NCBI GenBank assembly: GCA_016209275.1 | Contig: JACQWM010000053.1 | Coordinates: 11,235-75,234, forward strand | Direction: 5' to 3' | Length of the DNA stretch: 64,000 nucleotides | Source: Candidatus Omnitrophota bacterium | GTDB taxonomy: Bacteria > Omnitrophota > Gorgyraeia > Aquiviventales > Aquiviventaceae | Part shown: positions 19,281 to 28,304 of the stretch, in pieces | Layout: the number at the start of each line of letters is the position of its first letter | How positions within the stretch are numbered: the first letter of the stretch is position 1 | Made by a program: the position numbers and the translations under genes | Notes under the pieces: model-generated | What the model saw: the letters and a program-made list of their open reading frames with translations, nothing else | Told to the model about the DNA's origin: nothing | The model's database searches: none

Positions 19281-21268
19281 CTCCTCTTGAGGCGCTCGTC
19301 GCCCGATCTCGACGCATTGGAGCGCAGGAGCGGTTGGGGCTCTTCGGCGGAGGCAACACCTCGATCAAATGCGCGCAGCCGGATCTCTTCGGCCGGCCGC
19401 AGGAGGTGCTGTGGGTCAAAGGCAGCGGCGCAGATTTGAACAATTGTTCCGCGCGGCATTTCGCTCCGCTGGCCCTCGCCCCGCTGCAGCGGATGGCTGC
19501 GCGCGCCGATATGAGCGATGAGGAGATGGTGCGCTTTCTTGAGCGCTGTCTGCTGGATCCGAAAGCGCCGCGCCCGTCGGTGGAAACGCTGCTCCACGCG
19601 TTTATTCCGCAGGCCTCGGTGGATCACACCCATGCCGATGCGATCCTCGCACTCGCCAATACCCGCCGCGGGCGGCACCTCACCCGACGGATTCTTGGTC
19701 CTGAGCTGTTATGGATCCCGTACATCCAGCCTGGCTTTCGGCTCTCGCGCTACGTCTGGGAGGCCTACCGCGATCAGCCACAAGCGCACGGGGCGGTGCT
19801 GGAGAAACACGGCCTCATCACCTGGGGCCCGGATGGGCGCACGAGCCTCAAGCGCACGATCGACGCGGTGTCCCGCGCCGAGCGCTTCATTCATGCCCGG
19901 CGGCGGAAACGATCATGGTCGTCCGTGGGATGCGCCGCACTCAGCCCGAACGAGCGCTCGGCCTGGTTGCGCCGGCGGTTGCCGGTGCTGCGGCGGGTGA
20001 TCAGCCAGCACCGGCGCATGAGCCTGACCGTGTGGGATTCGCCGGACATCCTGGAGTTTGTGAACGCCCGGCGGATGCCGCGAGTCGCCCGCATCGGTCC
20101 GGCGACGCCGGATCACATGCTGCGCACCAAACGCTTGCCGCTGATTGCCCGCGCATCCGACGACATGGCACGGCGGCTTCATCAGTATGCCGACGCGCAC
20201 CGACGCTATTTTCTCACGTATCGCCGCACAGGTCAGGCCATGCAAGACCCCTTCCCGCGCGTCATGCTCATTCCCGGCGTCGGCATGATCACGACAGGGA
20301 AGGATGCTGCCGAGACCGCGCGGGTGGCCATGATCTATCGGCACGCGATGGCCATCATGCGCGATGCCTCAACCGTCGGCGCCTATACGTCGGTGTCGGC
20401 GCGCGAGGCGTTCGGTGTAGAGTATTGGCCGCTGGAGTTGTATAAACTGACCCTCGCCCCGCCGGAGCCGGAATTCGCCCGGCAGATCGGCTTGATCACG
20501 GGAGCTGCCGGGGGCATCGGCCGCGCCATCGCGCACTGTCTGGCCAGCCGTGGGGCTTCGGTCATCGTGACCGATCTTCACGCCGCCGCCGTTGAGCAGC
20601 TCGCGGAGGCGATCAATCGGCGCGTGGGTCGTCGGTGTGCGCTCGGCTTAGGGATGGACGTGACCAGCGAACGCAGCGTGGACGCAGCGCTCGATCGCGT
20701 GCTCCGACAGTTCGGCGGCCTCGACTTTCTCGTGTCCAATGCCGGGATCGCGCACGTCGCGGCCGTGGATCGATTGGAGCTCTCGCAATGGGAACGCAGT
20801 CTGGCTGTCAATGCCACGGGCCATTTCTTGGTGTCGCGAGCCGTCGTGCGTTTGCTCAAGGCGCAGGGCCTGGGGGGTGCGCTCGTGTTTATTGCGTCAA
20901 AAAACGTCTTAGCCCCAGGCAAAGATTTCGGCGCCTATAGCGCGGCTAAAGCGGCGCAAACCCAGCTGGCCCGCATCCTGGCGATTGAAAACGGCGAACA
21001 TCAGATTCGGGTGAATCTGGTGAACCCCGATGGCGTCTTCGAGGGCTCGGGCTTGTGGAACACGATCAAGGCCTCTCGGGCGAAGTCCTATGGCATCACG
21101 CCCAAGGCGCTCGAATCGTATTATCAGGGCCGCAATCTCTTACAGGCGCGCGTGCTGCCGGAAGACGTGGCCGAAGCCGTCGCGTTTTTCATCTCGGCGA
21201 AATCGGCGAAAACCACCGGCTGCATCCTCACCGTCGATGGCGGAGTACGCGAGGCATTTCCGCGATGA
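19277..21268 (+). CDS. bifunctional class II aldolase / short-chain dehydrogenase (RhaEW-like fusion)
   Basis: N-terminal class II aldolase/adducin motif GGGNTS; C-terminal SDR with TGAAGGIGRAIA NAD(P)-binding motif, NAG and YSAAKAA catalytic motifs; ATGA coupling with mtnA and with the next gene. Confidence 0.75.
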   Translation: MTPLEALVARSRRIGAQERLGLFGGGNTSIKCAQPDLFGRPQEVLWVKGSGADLNNCSARHFAPLALAPLQRMAARADMSDEEMVRFLERCLLDPKAPRPSVETLLHAFIPQASVDHTHADAILALANTRRGRHLTRRILGPELLWIPYIQPGFRLSRYVWEAYRDQPQAHGAVLEKHGLITWGPDGRTSLKRTIDAVSRAERFIHARRRKRSWSSVGCAALSPNERSAWLRRRLPVLRRVISQHRRMSLTVWDSPDILEFVNARRMPRVARIGPATPDHMLRTKRLPLIARASDDMARRLHQYADAHRRYFLTYRRTGQAMQDPFPRVMLIPGVGMITTGKDAAETARVAMIYRHAMAIMRDASTVGAYTSVSAREAFGVEYWPLELYKLTLAPPEPEFARQIGLITGAAGGIGRAIAHCLASRGASVIVTDLHAAAVEQLAEAINRRVGRRCALGLGMDVTSERSVDAALDRVLRQFGGLDFLVSNAGIAHVAAVDRLELSQWERSLAVNATGHFLVSRAVVRLLKAQGLGGALVFIASKNVLAPGKDFGAYSAAKAAQTQLARILAIENGEHQIRVNLVNPDGVFEGSGLWNTIKASRAKSYGITPKALESYYQGRNLLQARVLPEDVAEAVAFFISAKSAKTTGCILTVDGGVREAFPR

Positions 21269-22080
21269 CGGCGGTGCCAGGTCCAATCCACGCCGTCATC
21301 CTCGGTGCAGTTGAGGGCTTGACGGAATTTTTGCCGGTGTCTTCCACGGGGCACTTGATTCTCGTCTCCCGCGTGCTGCGGCTGCAGGGCGCCGCCGTAG
21401 ACACGTTTGATGTCGTGATTCAAGCCGGGGCGTTGGTTGCCGTCGTGGGATTGTACCGCCGCCATGTCATGGCCATGGGGCGAGGTCTGCTTGGCCGAGA
21501 TGCCGAAGGCCAGGCGCTGCTCATCAAGGTGCTGATCAGTTTTCTGCCGGCGGCGATGGCCGGAGCAGCGCTGCATCATGCGATCAAGGCGCACCTGTTT
21601 CATCCCGGGGCCGTCATCGCCGCGATGGCGCTCGGCGGGTTGCTCATGATCGCGGTGGATCGCTGGTGCCGCCCTCAGCGCATCGCGTCGCCGCGCACCA
21701 TGATGTCCCTGACGAGGCATCAGGCGCTGATCATCGGCATCGCCCAGTGCGCGGCCCTGTGGCCTGGCACTTCGCGCTCGATGGCGACGATCCTGGCCGG
21801 TATAATGGTAGGGCTGCCGCTGGCTGCGGCCGCGGAGTACAGTTTTTTGCTCGCCCTGCCGACGTTGGGCGCCGCGACGCTGTTTGATGCCGTCAAGGGC
21901 GGTGCTACGCTGTGGCAGCAGATCGGCGGTCTCTCGATCCTCGTAGGATTTGTCAGCGCGGCGATCGTCGCTGCGGTTGCGGTTCGTGGCTTTGTCCAGT
22001 ATGTCAGCCGCCACGGCCTCGCACTGTTTGGATGGTACCGCGTGTTTGTGGCCGCCGTGGTGTGGGTCTATGGACGATAG
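21265..22080 (+). CDS. uppP: undecaprenyl-diphosphatase
   Basis: BacA/UppP signature EGLTEFLPVSSTGHLIL; 8 TM. Confidence 0.85.
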   Translation: MTAVPGPIHAVILGAVEGLTEFLPVSSTGHLILVSRVLRLQGAAVDTFDVVIQAGALVAVVGLYRRHVMAMGRGLLGRDAEGQALLIKVLISFLPAAMAGAALHHAIKAHLFHPGAVIAAMALGGLLMIAVDRWCRPQRIASPRTMMSLTRHQALIIGIAQCAALWPGTSRSMATILAGIMVGLPLAAAAEYSFLLALPTLGAATLFDAVKGGATLWQQIGGLSILVGFVSAAIVAAVAVRGFVQYVSRHGLALFGWYRVFVAAVVWVYGR

Positions 22081-22093
22081 GAGAAAACCATCC

Positions 22094-22654
22094 ATGAAAA
22101 CATCAACCCCTCGGCAACGCGCGATCTCTGCGAGGGATCCTTTGGGCTTCAAACGATACATCCGGAACATTCCGGATTTTCCAAAACCCGGCATCTTATT
22201 TCGCGATATCACGACGCTGCTCCGCAACGGGCCGGCGTTCCACAAGGCGATTCATGCGCTGGCTCAGCGCCATCACGGAACCAAGCCGGATGCGGTGGTG
22301 GCGATTGAGTCGCGCGGCTTGATCGTAGGCTCGGCCCTCGCCTATGAGCTTGGAGTCGGCGTCATCCCCGTCAGAAAGAAGGGCAAGCTGCCCCATAAGA
22401 CATTTCGCGCCAGCTACGAGCTGGAATACGGCACCGACACGCTGGAGATTCACCAGGATGGATTTTCGAGGGGCTCGCGCGTCCTCTTAGTGGATGACCT
22501 GCTGGCCACCGGCGGCACCATGGGGGCGACCATCGACCTCATTGAGCAATGCGGCGGAAACATTATCGAGCTCGCGTTCTTGATCGAGCTGACCGCGCTG
22601 GGCGGGCGCGAGCGCTTAGCACCCTATCCGGTGATTTCCTTGGTGCGGTATTAA
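22094..22654 (+). CDS. apt: adenine phosphoribosyltransferase
   Basis: PRTase motif VLLVDDLLATGGT; full-length APRT similarity; RBS AGGAG upstream. Confidence 0.85.
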   Translation: MKTSTPRQRAISARDPLGFKRYIRNIPDFPKPGILFRDITTLLRNGPAFHKAIHALAQRHHGTKPDAVVAIESRGLIVGSALAYELGVGVIPVRKKGKLPHKTFRASYELEYGTDTLEIHQDGFSRGSRVLLVDDLLATGGTMGATIDLIEQCGGNIIELAFLIELTALGGRERLAPYPVISLVRY

Positions 22655-22671
22655 CACAGGAGGGACGCGCG

Positions 22672-22782
22672 ATGGCGACACGACGGAAAACCGCAAAGCG
22701 GCCAGCCGCCCGGCGCAGCACGGCGCGCAAGCCGGCCGCGAAGCGCAAGTCGATGGGCAGCTGTTCCTGCTGCACGTGTTAA
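22672..22782 (+). CDS. 36-aa highly basic peptide with C-terminal CxCC motif
   Basis: Perfect SD AGGAGGGA 8 nt upstream of ATG; MATRRKTAKRPAARRSTARKPAAKRKSMGSCSCCTC. Confidence 0.35.
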   Translation: MATRRKTAKRPAARRSTARKPAAKRKSMGSCSCCTC

Positions 22783-22788
22783 CCAAAA

Positions 22789-22831
22789 GGCGATATCAGA
22801 TATCGAGCATTCGCTCGATATCTGATATCGC
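22789..22831. repeat. GATATC-unit palindromic element (locus C)
   Basis: GCGATATCAGATATCGAGC-attc-GCTCGATATCTGATATCGC: perfect 19-bp arms. Confidence 0.85.
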
Positions 22832-22837
22832 TCTTGC

Positions 22838-23788
22838 TTGATGGCTGAAAAACTTGTCATTATCGGTTCCGGTCCGGCAGGCCACACGGCGGCGATCTAC
22901 ACCGCCCGCGCCGCCTTATCCCCGGTGATGTTTGAGGGCTTCTCGGCCGGCGGCATCCCCGGCGGCCAGCTCATGACCACGACCGAGGTCGAAAATTATC
23001 CAGGATTTCCCGACGGGGTTGATGGGCAGGAGCTCATGGCCCACATGCGCAAGCAGTCGCTGCGGTTTGGCACGCGCATCTTCACGGAAGACGCCACACG
23101 TGTTGATCTCTCCTCTCGGCCGTTTACCGTGGCCTCCTCCGCGCATGAGGTGAAGGCCGAATCGATCATCGTGGCGGCCGGGGCGACGGCAAAGCGGTTG
23201 AACCTGCCGGGTGAGGCGAGATTATGGAATCATGGCATGTCCGCCTGCGCGGTCTGCGACGGGGCGCTGCCGGTGTTCCGCAACAAGCCGCTCGTCGTGA
23301 TCGGCGGCGGCGACTCGGCCTGCGAGGAATCGCACTTTTTGACGAAGTTCGCCTCGAGGGTGTACCTGGTGCATCGACGCGGCGAGTTGCGCGCCTCGAA
23401 GATCATGCAGGAACGGGTCTTGAAGGATCCGAAGATCGAGGTCATCTGGAACAGCGTGGTCGAGGATGTGCTGGGCAAGACCGCGGTCGAAGCGGTCCGG
23501 CTGCGCCACGCGCAAACGAATCAGACGCGCGAGCTGCCCTGCGGCGGCGTCTTTTACGCCATCGGCTTTACGCCGAATACGGCCATGCTTGCCGGCCAAG
23601 TCGAAACAGATAAGGACGGCTACATCATCACCAAACCGGGCTCAACGCAAACCTCGGTGCCCGGTGTCTTTGCCTGCGGCGATGTCCAAGATAAAAAATA
23701 CCGCCAGGCGATTACCGCCGCCGGCTCCGGCTGCATGGCCGCCATCGACTGCGAACGCTTCCTCGCTGAATCGGATCAGGCAGTTTGA
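22838..23788 (+). CDS. trxB: thioredoxin-disulfide reductase
   Basis: FAD/NAD(P) motifs [10 protein letters not shown] and GGGDSACEE; redox-active CAVCDG. Confidence 0.85.
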   Translation: MMAEKLVIIGSGPAGHTAAIYTARAALSPVMFEGFSAGGIPGGQLMTTTEVENYPGFPDGVDGQELMAHMRKQSLRFGTRIFTEDATRVDLSSRPFTVASSAHEVKAESIIVAAGATAKRLNLPGEARLWNHGMSACAVCDGALPVFRNKPLVVIGGGDSACEESHFLTKFASRVYLVHRRGELRASKIMQERVLKDPKIEVIWNSVVEDVLGKTAVEAVRLRHAQTNQTRELPCGGVFYAIGFTPNTAMLAGQVETDKDGYIITKPGSTQTSVPGVFACGDVQDKKYRQAITAAGSGCMAAIDCERFLAESDQAV

Positions 23789-23987
23789 AGTGTTAGGAAA
23801 ATCGTAAAAGTATCCATGGCTGAAGATCGTTCACAATTCCATGAGATCTGGGTGGAATCAGAAGACGGTCAAACAGGATTTCTCATGTATCTACGTTACG
23901 ATCCGGGATCCAATGGCACAACCATGCCGCTGCTGGAGACTGACCAGAAGCCATCCCTGTAAAAAGACGACAACGGACATCTCGCTT

Positions 23988-24227
23988 ATGAAGAGAGTCA
24001 AAAAAAGGAAACGAGGGCGGCCCATATTTTCCGATCCCAAGCTCAATAAGCGCGTGTTGGAATTGGAGCGTAATGCCCAAGATGGGGAGGATAAGAGTTG
24101 GGTGCACCAGCTGCAGTTGGCCTGGATACGGCATTATCAAGGTACAGGAAAGCGTTCCAAGCGAATCGCCGGCCGCCCCAAAGACCGCCAGTTTTTGCAA
24201 CAGTATCGGTCGCTGCTGGATGCGTAA
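23988..24227 (+). CDS. small basic hypothetical protein (RGRP AT-hook-like motifs) in a low-GC islet
   Basis: MKRVKKRKRGRPIFSD...AGRPKDRQF; overlaps the dedA start by 8 nt. Confidence 0.3.
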   Translation: MKRVKKRKRGRPIFSDPKLNKRVLELERNAQDGEDKSWVHQLQLAWIRHYQGTGKRSKRIAGRPKDRQFLQQYRSLLDA

Positions 24228-24888
24228 GACACGATTGGCGTGGTGGGGGAAATGGAGCCTCGTCGCGTGCGTGGCGGCCGGCGCGTGGATCGGATTGCGC
24301 GCCGCCGGATTCGATATCGGCACCTTCTCGCCGGAGCGGATTCGGACCTATATTCTTTCCTTCGGCATCTGGGCGCCGGCGATGTATCTGGCGGTCTACG
24401 GCCAGCCCCTGATTCCGCTGCCCGCCACGGTGGCGATGGGCCTGGCGGGTGCGGCGTTCGGCCATACGTGGGGAGCGTTCTACGCCATGGCCGGGGCGCT
24501 GCTGCGCGCCGTCAGCCAATTTTTTGTCGCCCGATGGCTGGGGCGCGACGCGGTCGAACATCTGCTGAGGGGGCATGTGGCCGCCGTCGATCAGCAACTC
24601 GGTGAGAACGGTTTCAAAGCGGTGTTCTTCATTCGCCTGATCCCCAATGTCCCGTTCGATTTCCAAAACTACGGCCTGGGATTTTCCAAAGTCCGCCCCA
24701 TGCCGTATATGCTGGGCAGTGTTCTCGGCATCCTGCCGGGGTGCTTGGCGTATGTGTGGCTCGGGGAGTCGGTGATCAACCCGCGGCAGATCTGGAAATT
24801 GGCCCTCGTGCTGGTGGCGGTCACCAGCCTGTCGATGGCGGCCTCTGCGTGGCGGAAGCGGAAATCCGCCGCAGGAGCCGCGCCGTAG
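24220..24888 (+). CDS. DedA/TVP38/TMEM64 family membrane protein
   Basis: Conserved DedA core FIRLIPNVPFDFQNYGLG. Confidence 0.7.
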   Translation: MRKTRLAWWGKWSLVACVAAGAWIGLRAAGFDIGTFSPERIRTYILSFGIWAPAMYLAVYGQPLIPLPATVAMGLAGAAFGHTWGAFYAMAGALLRAVSQFFVARWLGRDAVEHLLRGHVAAVDQQLGENGFKAVFFIRLIPNVPFDFQNYGLGFSKVRPMPYMLGSVLGILPGCLAYVWLGESVINPRQIWKLALVLVAVTSLSMAASAWRKRKSAAGAAP

Positions 24889-24957
24889 CCTCACGCGAGG
24901 GCTGATTGCATCGCTGGATAGAGTGTGGTAGGCTAGCGAACACCACAGGAGGACACC

Positions 24958-25509
24958 ATGCATCGGAGCACGCGGTTGGGCGCTGGAGTGCTGGCGGCGT
25001 TGTTGATGGGCGGATGCTACGGCCCGTTTAATTTGACGCGGACCCTGTATCACTGGAACGGGAATCTTCAAGACAAGTGGGTGCGCGAGTTTGCCTTCAT
25101 CGTGATGGTGTGGGCTCCGGTCTATGGGTTGGCGACGCTGGGCGACGCGGTAATTTTCAACTCGATCGAATTCTGGGGAGGGAAGAACCCTGTCGAGCCG
25201 CCGAAGGGAGCCAGCCTGCCCGCCACCAAGCACATTGTCCGCGGCGATGCCGAGGCCTGGTTGACGTACCGCAACACCGCGGAAGGCCGCGAGCTCCTCG
25301 TGGAGCAATTCCAGCGCGGCCGTCCGGCCGCAACACTCCGGGTGACTGAGCGCCATGGCATGACGGTTGGCGAGGATGCCGACGGCCACGTGCTCTTGAC
25401 GGCCCAATCATTGGCTGATGGCCGGGTCGTCGTCAATAATGGGGAAGGGCAAACGGTGGCTTCCCATCCTGCGACCGAAGGGCCGCATCTCGCCTCCGTG
25501 CGCCGATAA
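24958..25509 (+). CDS. DUF3332-like lipoprotein
   Basis: Lipobox LLMGGC; FNLTRTLYHWN...IFNSIEFW pattern. Confidence 0.5.
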   Translation: MHRSTRLGAGVLAALLMGGCYGPFNLTRTLYHWNGNLQDKWVREFAFIVMVWAPVYGLATLGDAVIFNSIEFWGGKNPVEPPKGASLPATKHIVRGDAEAWLTYRNTAEGRELLVEQFQRGRPAATLRVTERHGMTVGEDADGHVLLTAQSLADGRVVVNNGEGQTVASHPATEGPHLASVRR

Positions 25510-25511
25510 CG

Positions 25512-25547
25512 ACGATATCAGATATCGAATTCGATATCTGATATCGC
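25512..25547. repeat. GATATC-unit palindromic element (locus D)
   Basis: CGATATCAGATATCGAATTCGATATCTGATATCG: a perfect 34-bp palindrome. Confidence 0.85.
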
Positions 25548-25554
25548 TCTGCGC

Positions 25555-26154
25555 ATGTCGAGGATGAGTTACGCTCACACTGTGTCTTCAGACCTTCAAA
25601 CCGCCACCGGCATTCCCAACGGCAAATTGGGCATGTGGCTGTTTCTCGCGTCTGAGGTGATGTTTTTCACCGGGCTCATCGCCGCGTACATCGTCCTGCG
25701 CATGAGCCATGCGCACTGGCCCGGGCCGGCAGGGCAGCTGAGTGTCGTCTGGGGGACGGTCAACACGCTCGTGCTGATTTGCAGCAGCACGACGGTAGTG
25801 CTGGCTCTCGCCGCGGCTCAGCGGGGTGCGATGGGCCCGCTGCGCCTGTGGCTGCTCGTGACGGTCGCCTTAGGCGCGGCGTTCCTGGGCATTAAGGGGC
25901 ACGAGTACGCTGTCAAGTTCCACCACGGCATCGGGCCGTCGACGAACGTCTTCTGGTCGTGCTATTTTGCGCTGACCGGATTTCACGCGCTGCACGTGCT
26001 CGGGGGGATCGGGTTCAACCTGTATATCTTGGCCTTGACGCGCACGGAAGCGCTCTGGCAGGATGCGGGCCGCCGGCTGGAGTACGCCGGGCTCTACTGG
26101 CATTTCGTCGATATCGTCTGGATATTTCTGTTTCCACTGCTGTATCTGCTGTGA
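25555..26154 (+). CDS. heme-copper oxidase subunit III family protein
   Basis: 5-TM COX3-like similarity (LGMWLFLASEVMFF, HVLGG). Confidence 0.65.
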   Translation: MSRMSYAHTVSSDLQTATGIPNGKLGMWLFLASEVMFFTGLIAAYIVLRMSHAHWPGPAGQLSVVWGTVNTLVLICSSTTVVLALAAAQRGAMGPLRLWLLVTVALGAAFLGIKGHEYAVKFHHGIGPSTNVFWSCYFALTGFHALHVLGGIGFNLYILALTRTEALWQDAGRRLEYAGLYWHFVDIVWIFLFPLLYLL

Positions 26155-26157
26155 GCG

Positions 26158-26442
26158 ATGCGCGATTCGCCTGAGTCCACCATCAGAACCTACTTGGCGA
26201 TTTGGGGATGGTTGGCGGGATTGATGCTCATCGGGGTGCTCTTGTCTGAGCTGCGCATCCCGAAGCAAACGATTGTGCTGTTGGTGCTGCTGTTCTCGTC
26301 GATCAAGGCCACGCTGGTGGCCCTCTACTACATGCACCTCAAAATGGATCGGCGCCTGCTCACCCTCGTGCTGCTCGCTCCGCTGACGATTATCGCCCTT
26401 GCCCTCGGTGTTGTCTTCTCCAGCCGCCTCGTCCGCCTCTAA
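26158..26442 (+). CDS. prokaryotic cytochrome c oxidase subunit IV-like small membrane protein
   Basis: 3-TM 94-aa protein immediately after the subunit III gene (4-nt gap). Confidence 0.5.
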   Translation: MRDSPESTIRTYLAIWGWLAGLMLIGVLLSELRIPKQTIVLLVLLFSSIKATLVALYYMHLKMDRRLLTLVLLAPLTIIALALGVVFSSRLVRL

Positions 26443-26451
26443 GAACGCAGA

Positions 26452-26487
26452 GCGATATCAGATATCGAATTCGATATCTGATATCGT
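26452..26487. repeat. GATATC-unit palindromic element (locus E)
   Basis: GCGATATCAGATATCGAATTCGATATCTGATATCG: identical to locus D; sits between convergent genes. Confidence 0.85.
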
Positions 26488-26489
26488 CG

Positions 26490-27359
26490 TTAGATCGAGA
26501 GGCTTGGAACCGGAAGACGGATCTTGCGCAGCGCCTCGACAGGATCCATCGCCGGCAGCTTCGCCGGGTTGCCTTGCGGCAACCGGATCCGCTTGGCCAG
26601 TCCCAACCAGGACAGGAGACGGATCGTCGCGTACGTCATGTCGAACTCCCACCAGCGCAAGCCATGCGCGGCCGAATGCAGATACGCATGGTGGTTGTTA
26701 TGCCAGCCCTCGCCGTACGACAGCAACGCGACCCACCAGTTGTTCGTGGAGCCCTCATTCGTGTCGAAGGTTTTGTAGCCCCACAGGTGCGAGGCGGAGT
26801 TCACCAGCCAGGTGGAATGCCAGACCACCGCGGTGCGGAGAAACACGCCCCAGATCACCCACGGCCATCCCCCCAGCGCTAGCAGGATGAGCCCGAGCAG
26901 CACCGTGTAGAGCACGTGGGTGCGTTCGATGAATTGGTGCACCCGATTGCGGGCCAGATCCGGCACATAGCGCTCATACTTGCTGGGATTGTCCAATACC
27001 TCATCGTATGGGAACAGCCACAGCATGTGCGCCCACCAGAACCCCTTATTCGGGCTGTGGGGGTCTTGCGGCCGGTCAGAAAACGCGTGGTGCACCCGGT
27101 GCGTCGCGACCCACTTCACCGGTCCCCCTTGAACCGACAAGGAGCCGATGACGGTGAGCGCATACTCGAGCCACCGCGGAACATGAAAGCTGCGGTGGGC
27201 CAGCAGCCGGTGGTAGCAGAGGGTGACGCCTAACCCGGTGAGCAGCTGGAGCCAGAAGAAGATCCAGAACCCTGTCCAGGTGAATGTCCAAGGTGCTAGC
27301 ACCGCGCCCGCGTGGATCAGCACCACCCCGAACACAATCGACCACTTCATCTTCGCCAT
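26490..27359 (-). CDS. acyl-CoA/acyl-lipid delta-9 fatty acid desaturase
   Basis: Three His boxes HRLLAH, HRVHH and HNNHH in a 4-TM scaffold. Confidence 0.8.
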   Translation of the reverse strand: MAKMKWSIVFGVVLIHAGAVLAPWTFTWTGFWIFFWLQLLTGLGVTLCYHRLLAHRSFHVPRWLEYALTVIGSLSVQGGPVKWVATHRVHHAFSDRPQDPHSPNKGFWWAHMLWLFPYDEVLDNPSKYERYVPDLARNRVHQFIERTHVLYTVLLGLILLALGGWPWVIWGVFLRTAVVWHSTWLVNSASHLWGYKTFDTNEGSTNNWWVALLSYGEGWHNNHHAYLHSAAHGLRWWEFDMTYATIRLLSWLGLAKRIRLPQGNPAKLPAMDPVEALRKIRLPVPSLSI

Positions 27360-27392
27360 ACGCTGTCCTCCTCAATCACATCCGACCGACGA

Positions 27393-28208
27393 CTAATACC
27401 GCTCAATCTGCCGCAATAAACAATAGACAAGGCGATGGTGGATCAGGAGCATGGTCAGCCCCTGGCGCAGAGCGGCGAGGCAGTCCTCGGCCGAGACCGC
27501 GAGGGCCTCGGCGGATGCGTGCTCAGTGAAAAAGTTGAGAAAATAGGCGTCGATGGCTCGCTGCGGCCGCTGCGGCAGCGTCTTGACCGTGGTGTAGACC
27601 AGATCCTGGTGGTAGTCGTTGAGGAATTCGTAGGGCGCGCACCGCAGATAGCTATACGGTGTCAGATTGCGCTGGCGCGGATCCGCCGGCTGCTCCAATG
27701 TCCGGTAGGCCTCAAGGATCAACGGCCAAAAACGCTGCCGCAGCCACTGCGCGAGCGACGGGGCGACGGGGGTCTGGGCGAACTCCAGGACGCAGACGCG
27801 GAAGACGCTGTGCACGATCCGCGAGTAATCCTTGTCGGTGACCGCGCGATAATCGCCCCGGATACCGGCTTTGTGCTTCTGGTCCCGCGGCAGAAACCGG
27901 CACCCCTCAGTGGAGAGCAGATAGTCCCAGCAGGCGGTGCTCCAGGCGAACAGCGGCGCAAATTCCAGCACGAGTTCCTGGTAGTCCGGCCCCAGGGCCG
28001 CCTCGGGCTCCTGCTGCTGGCGCCGGAAAATGTGCGCCACCAGCGCTTCGACGTTGGCGAGCTTGCCGCGCTGCAGGGTCATGAGTTCGGGCTGCTCGAA
28101 GACCTGCGGCAGCGCGATGTCCAGGGCCGGCTCATCCTGGACATAGACCAGATTCCCGTCGGAGATTGGCTCAAGATTGAGGTCAAGCATCGCACGCCAT
28201 TGTAGCAT
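27393..28208 (-). CDS. hypothetical protein
   Basis: Long ORF with no recognisable motifs; start chosen at MLQWRAMLDLN; divergent from a response regulator gene. Confidence 0.35.
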   Translation of the reverse strand: MLQWRAMLDLNLEPISDGNLVYVQDEPALDIALPQVFEQPELMTLQRGKLANVEALVAHIFRRQQQEPEAALGPDYQELVLEFAPLFAWSTACWDYLLSTEGCRFLPRDQKHKAGIRGDYRAVTDKDYSRIVHSVFRVCVLEFAQTPVAPSLAQWLRQRFWPLILEAYRTLEQPADPRQRNLTPYSYLRCAPYEFLNDYHQDLVYTTVKTLPQRPQRAIDAYFLNFFTEHASAEALAVSAEDCLAALRQGLTMLLIHHRLVYCLLRQIERY

Positions 28209-28304
28209 AGATGCCGTGGCGTTCCTATCGGGATCGTCCCTTGACAAGGCGGCGCACCACCAGCCATAGTCTAGACAGCAGGTTTCTGCGAAGAGGCGCT
28301 GCGC

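Noticed and set aside
8083-26890. ORFs ending or starting in 'ISDIA/RYQIS' peptides (8083-8457 -, 18126-18881 -, 22651-22887 -, 26399-26890 +).
   Set aside because: Those residues are simply the translation of the GATATC palindromes; the ORFs overlap real genes and are artefacts.
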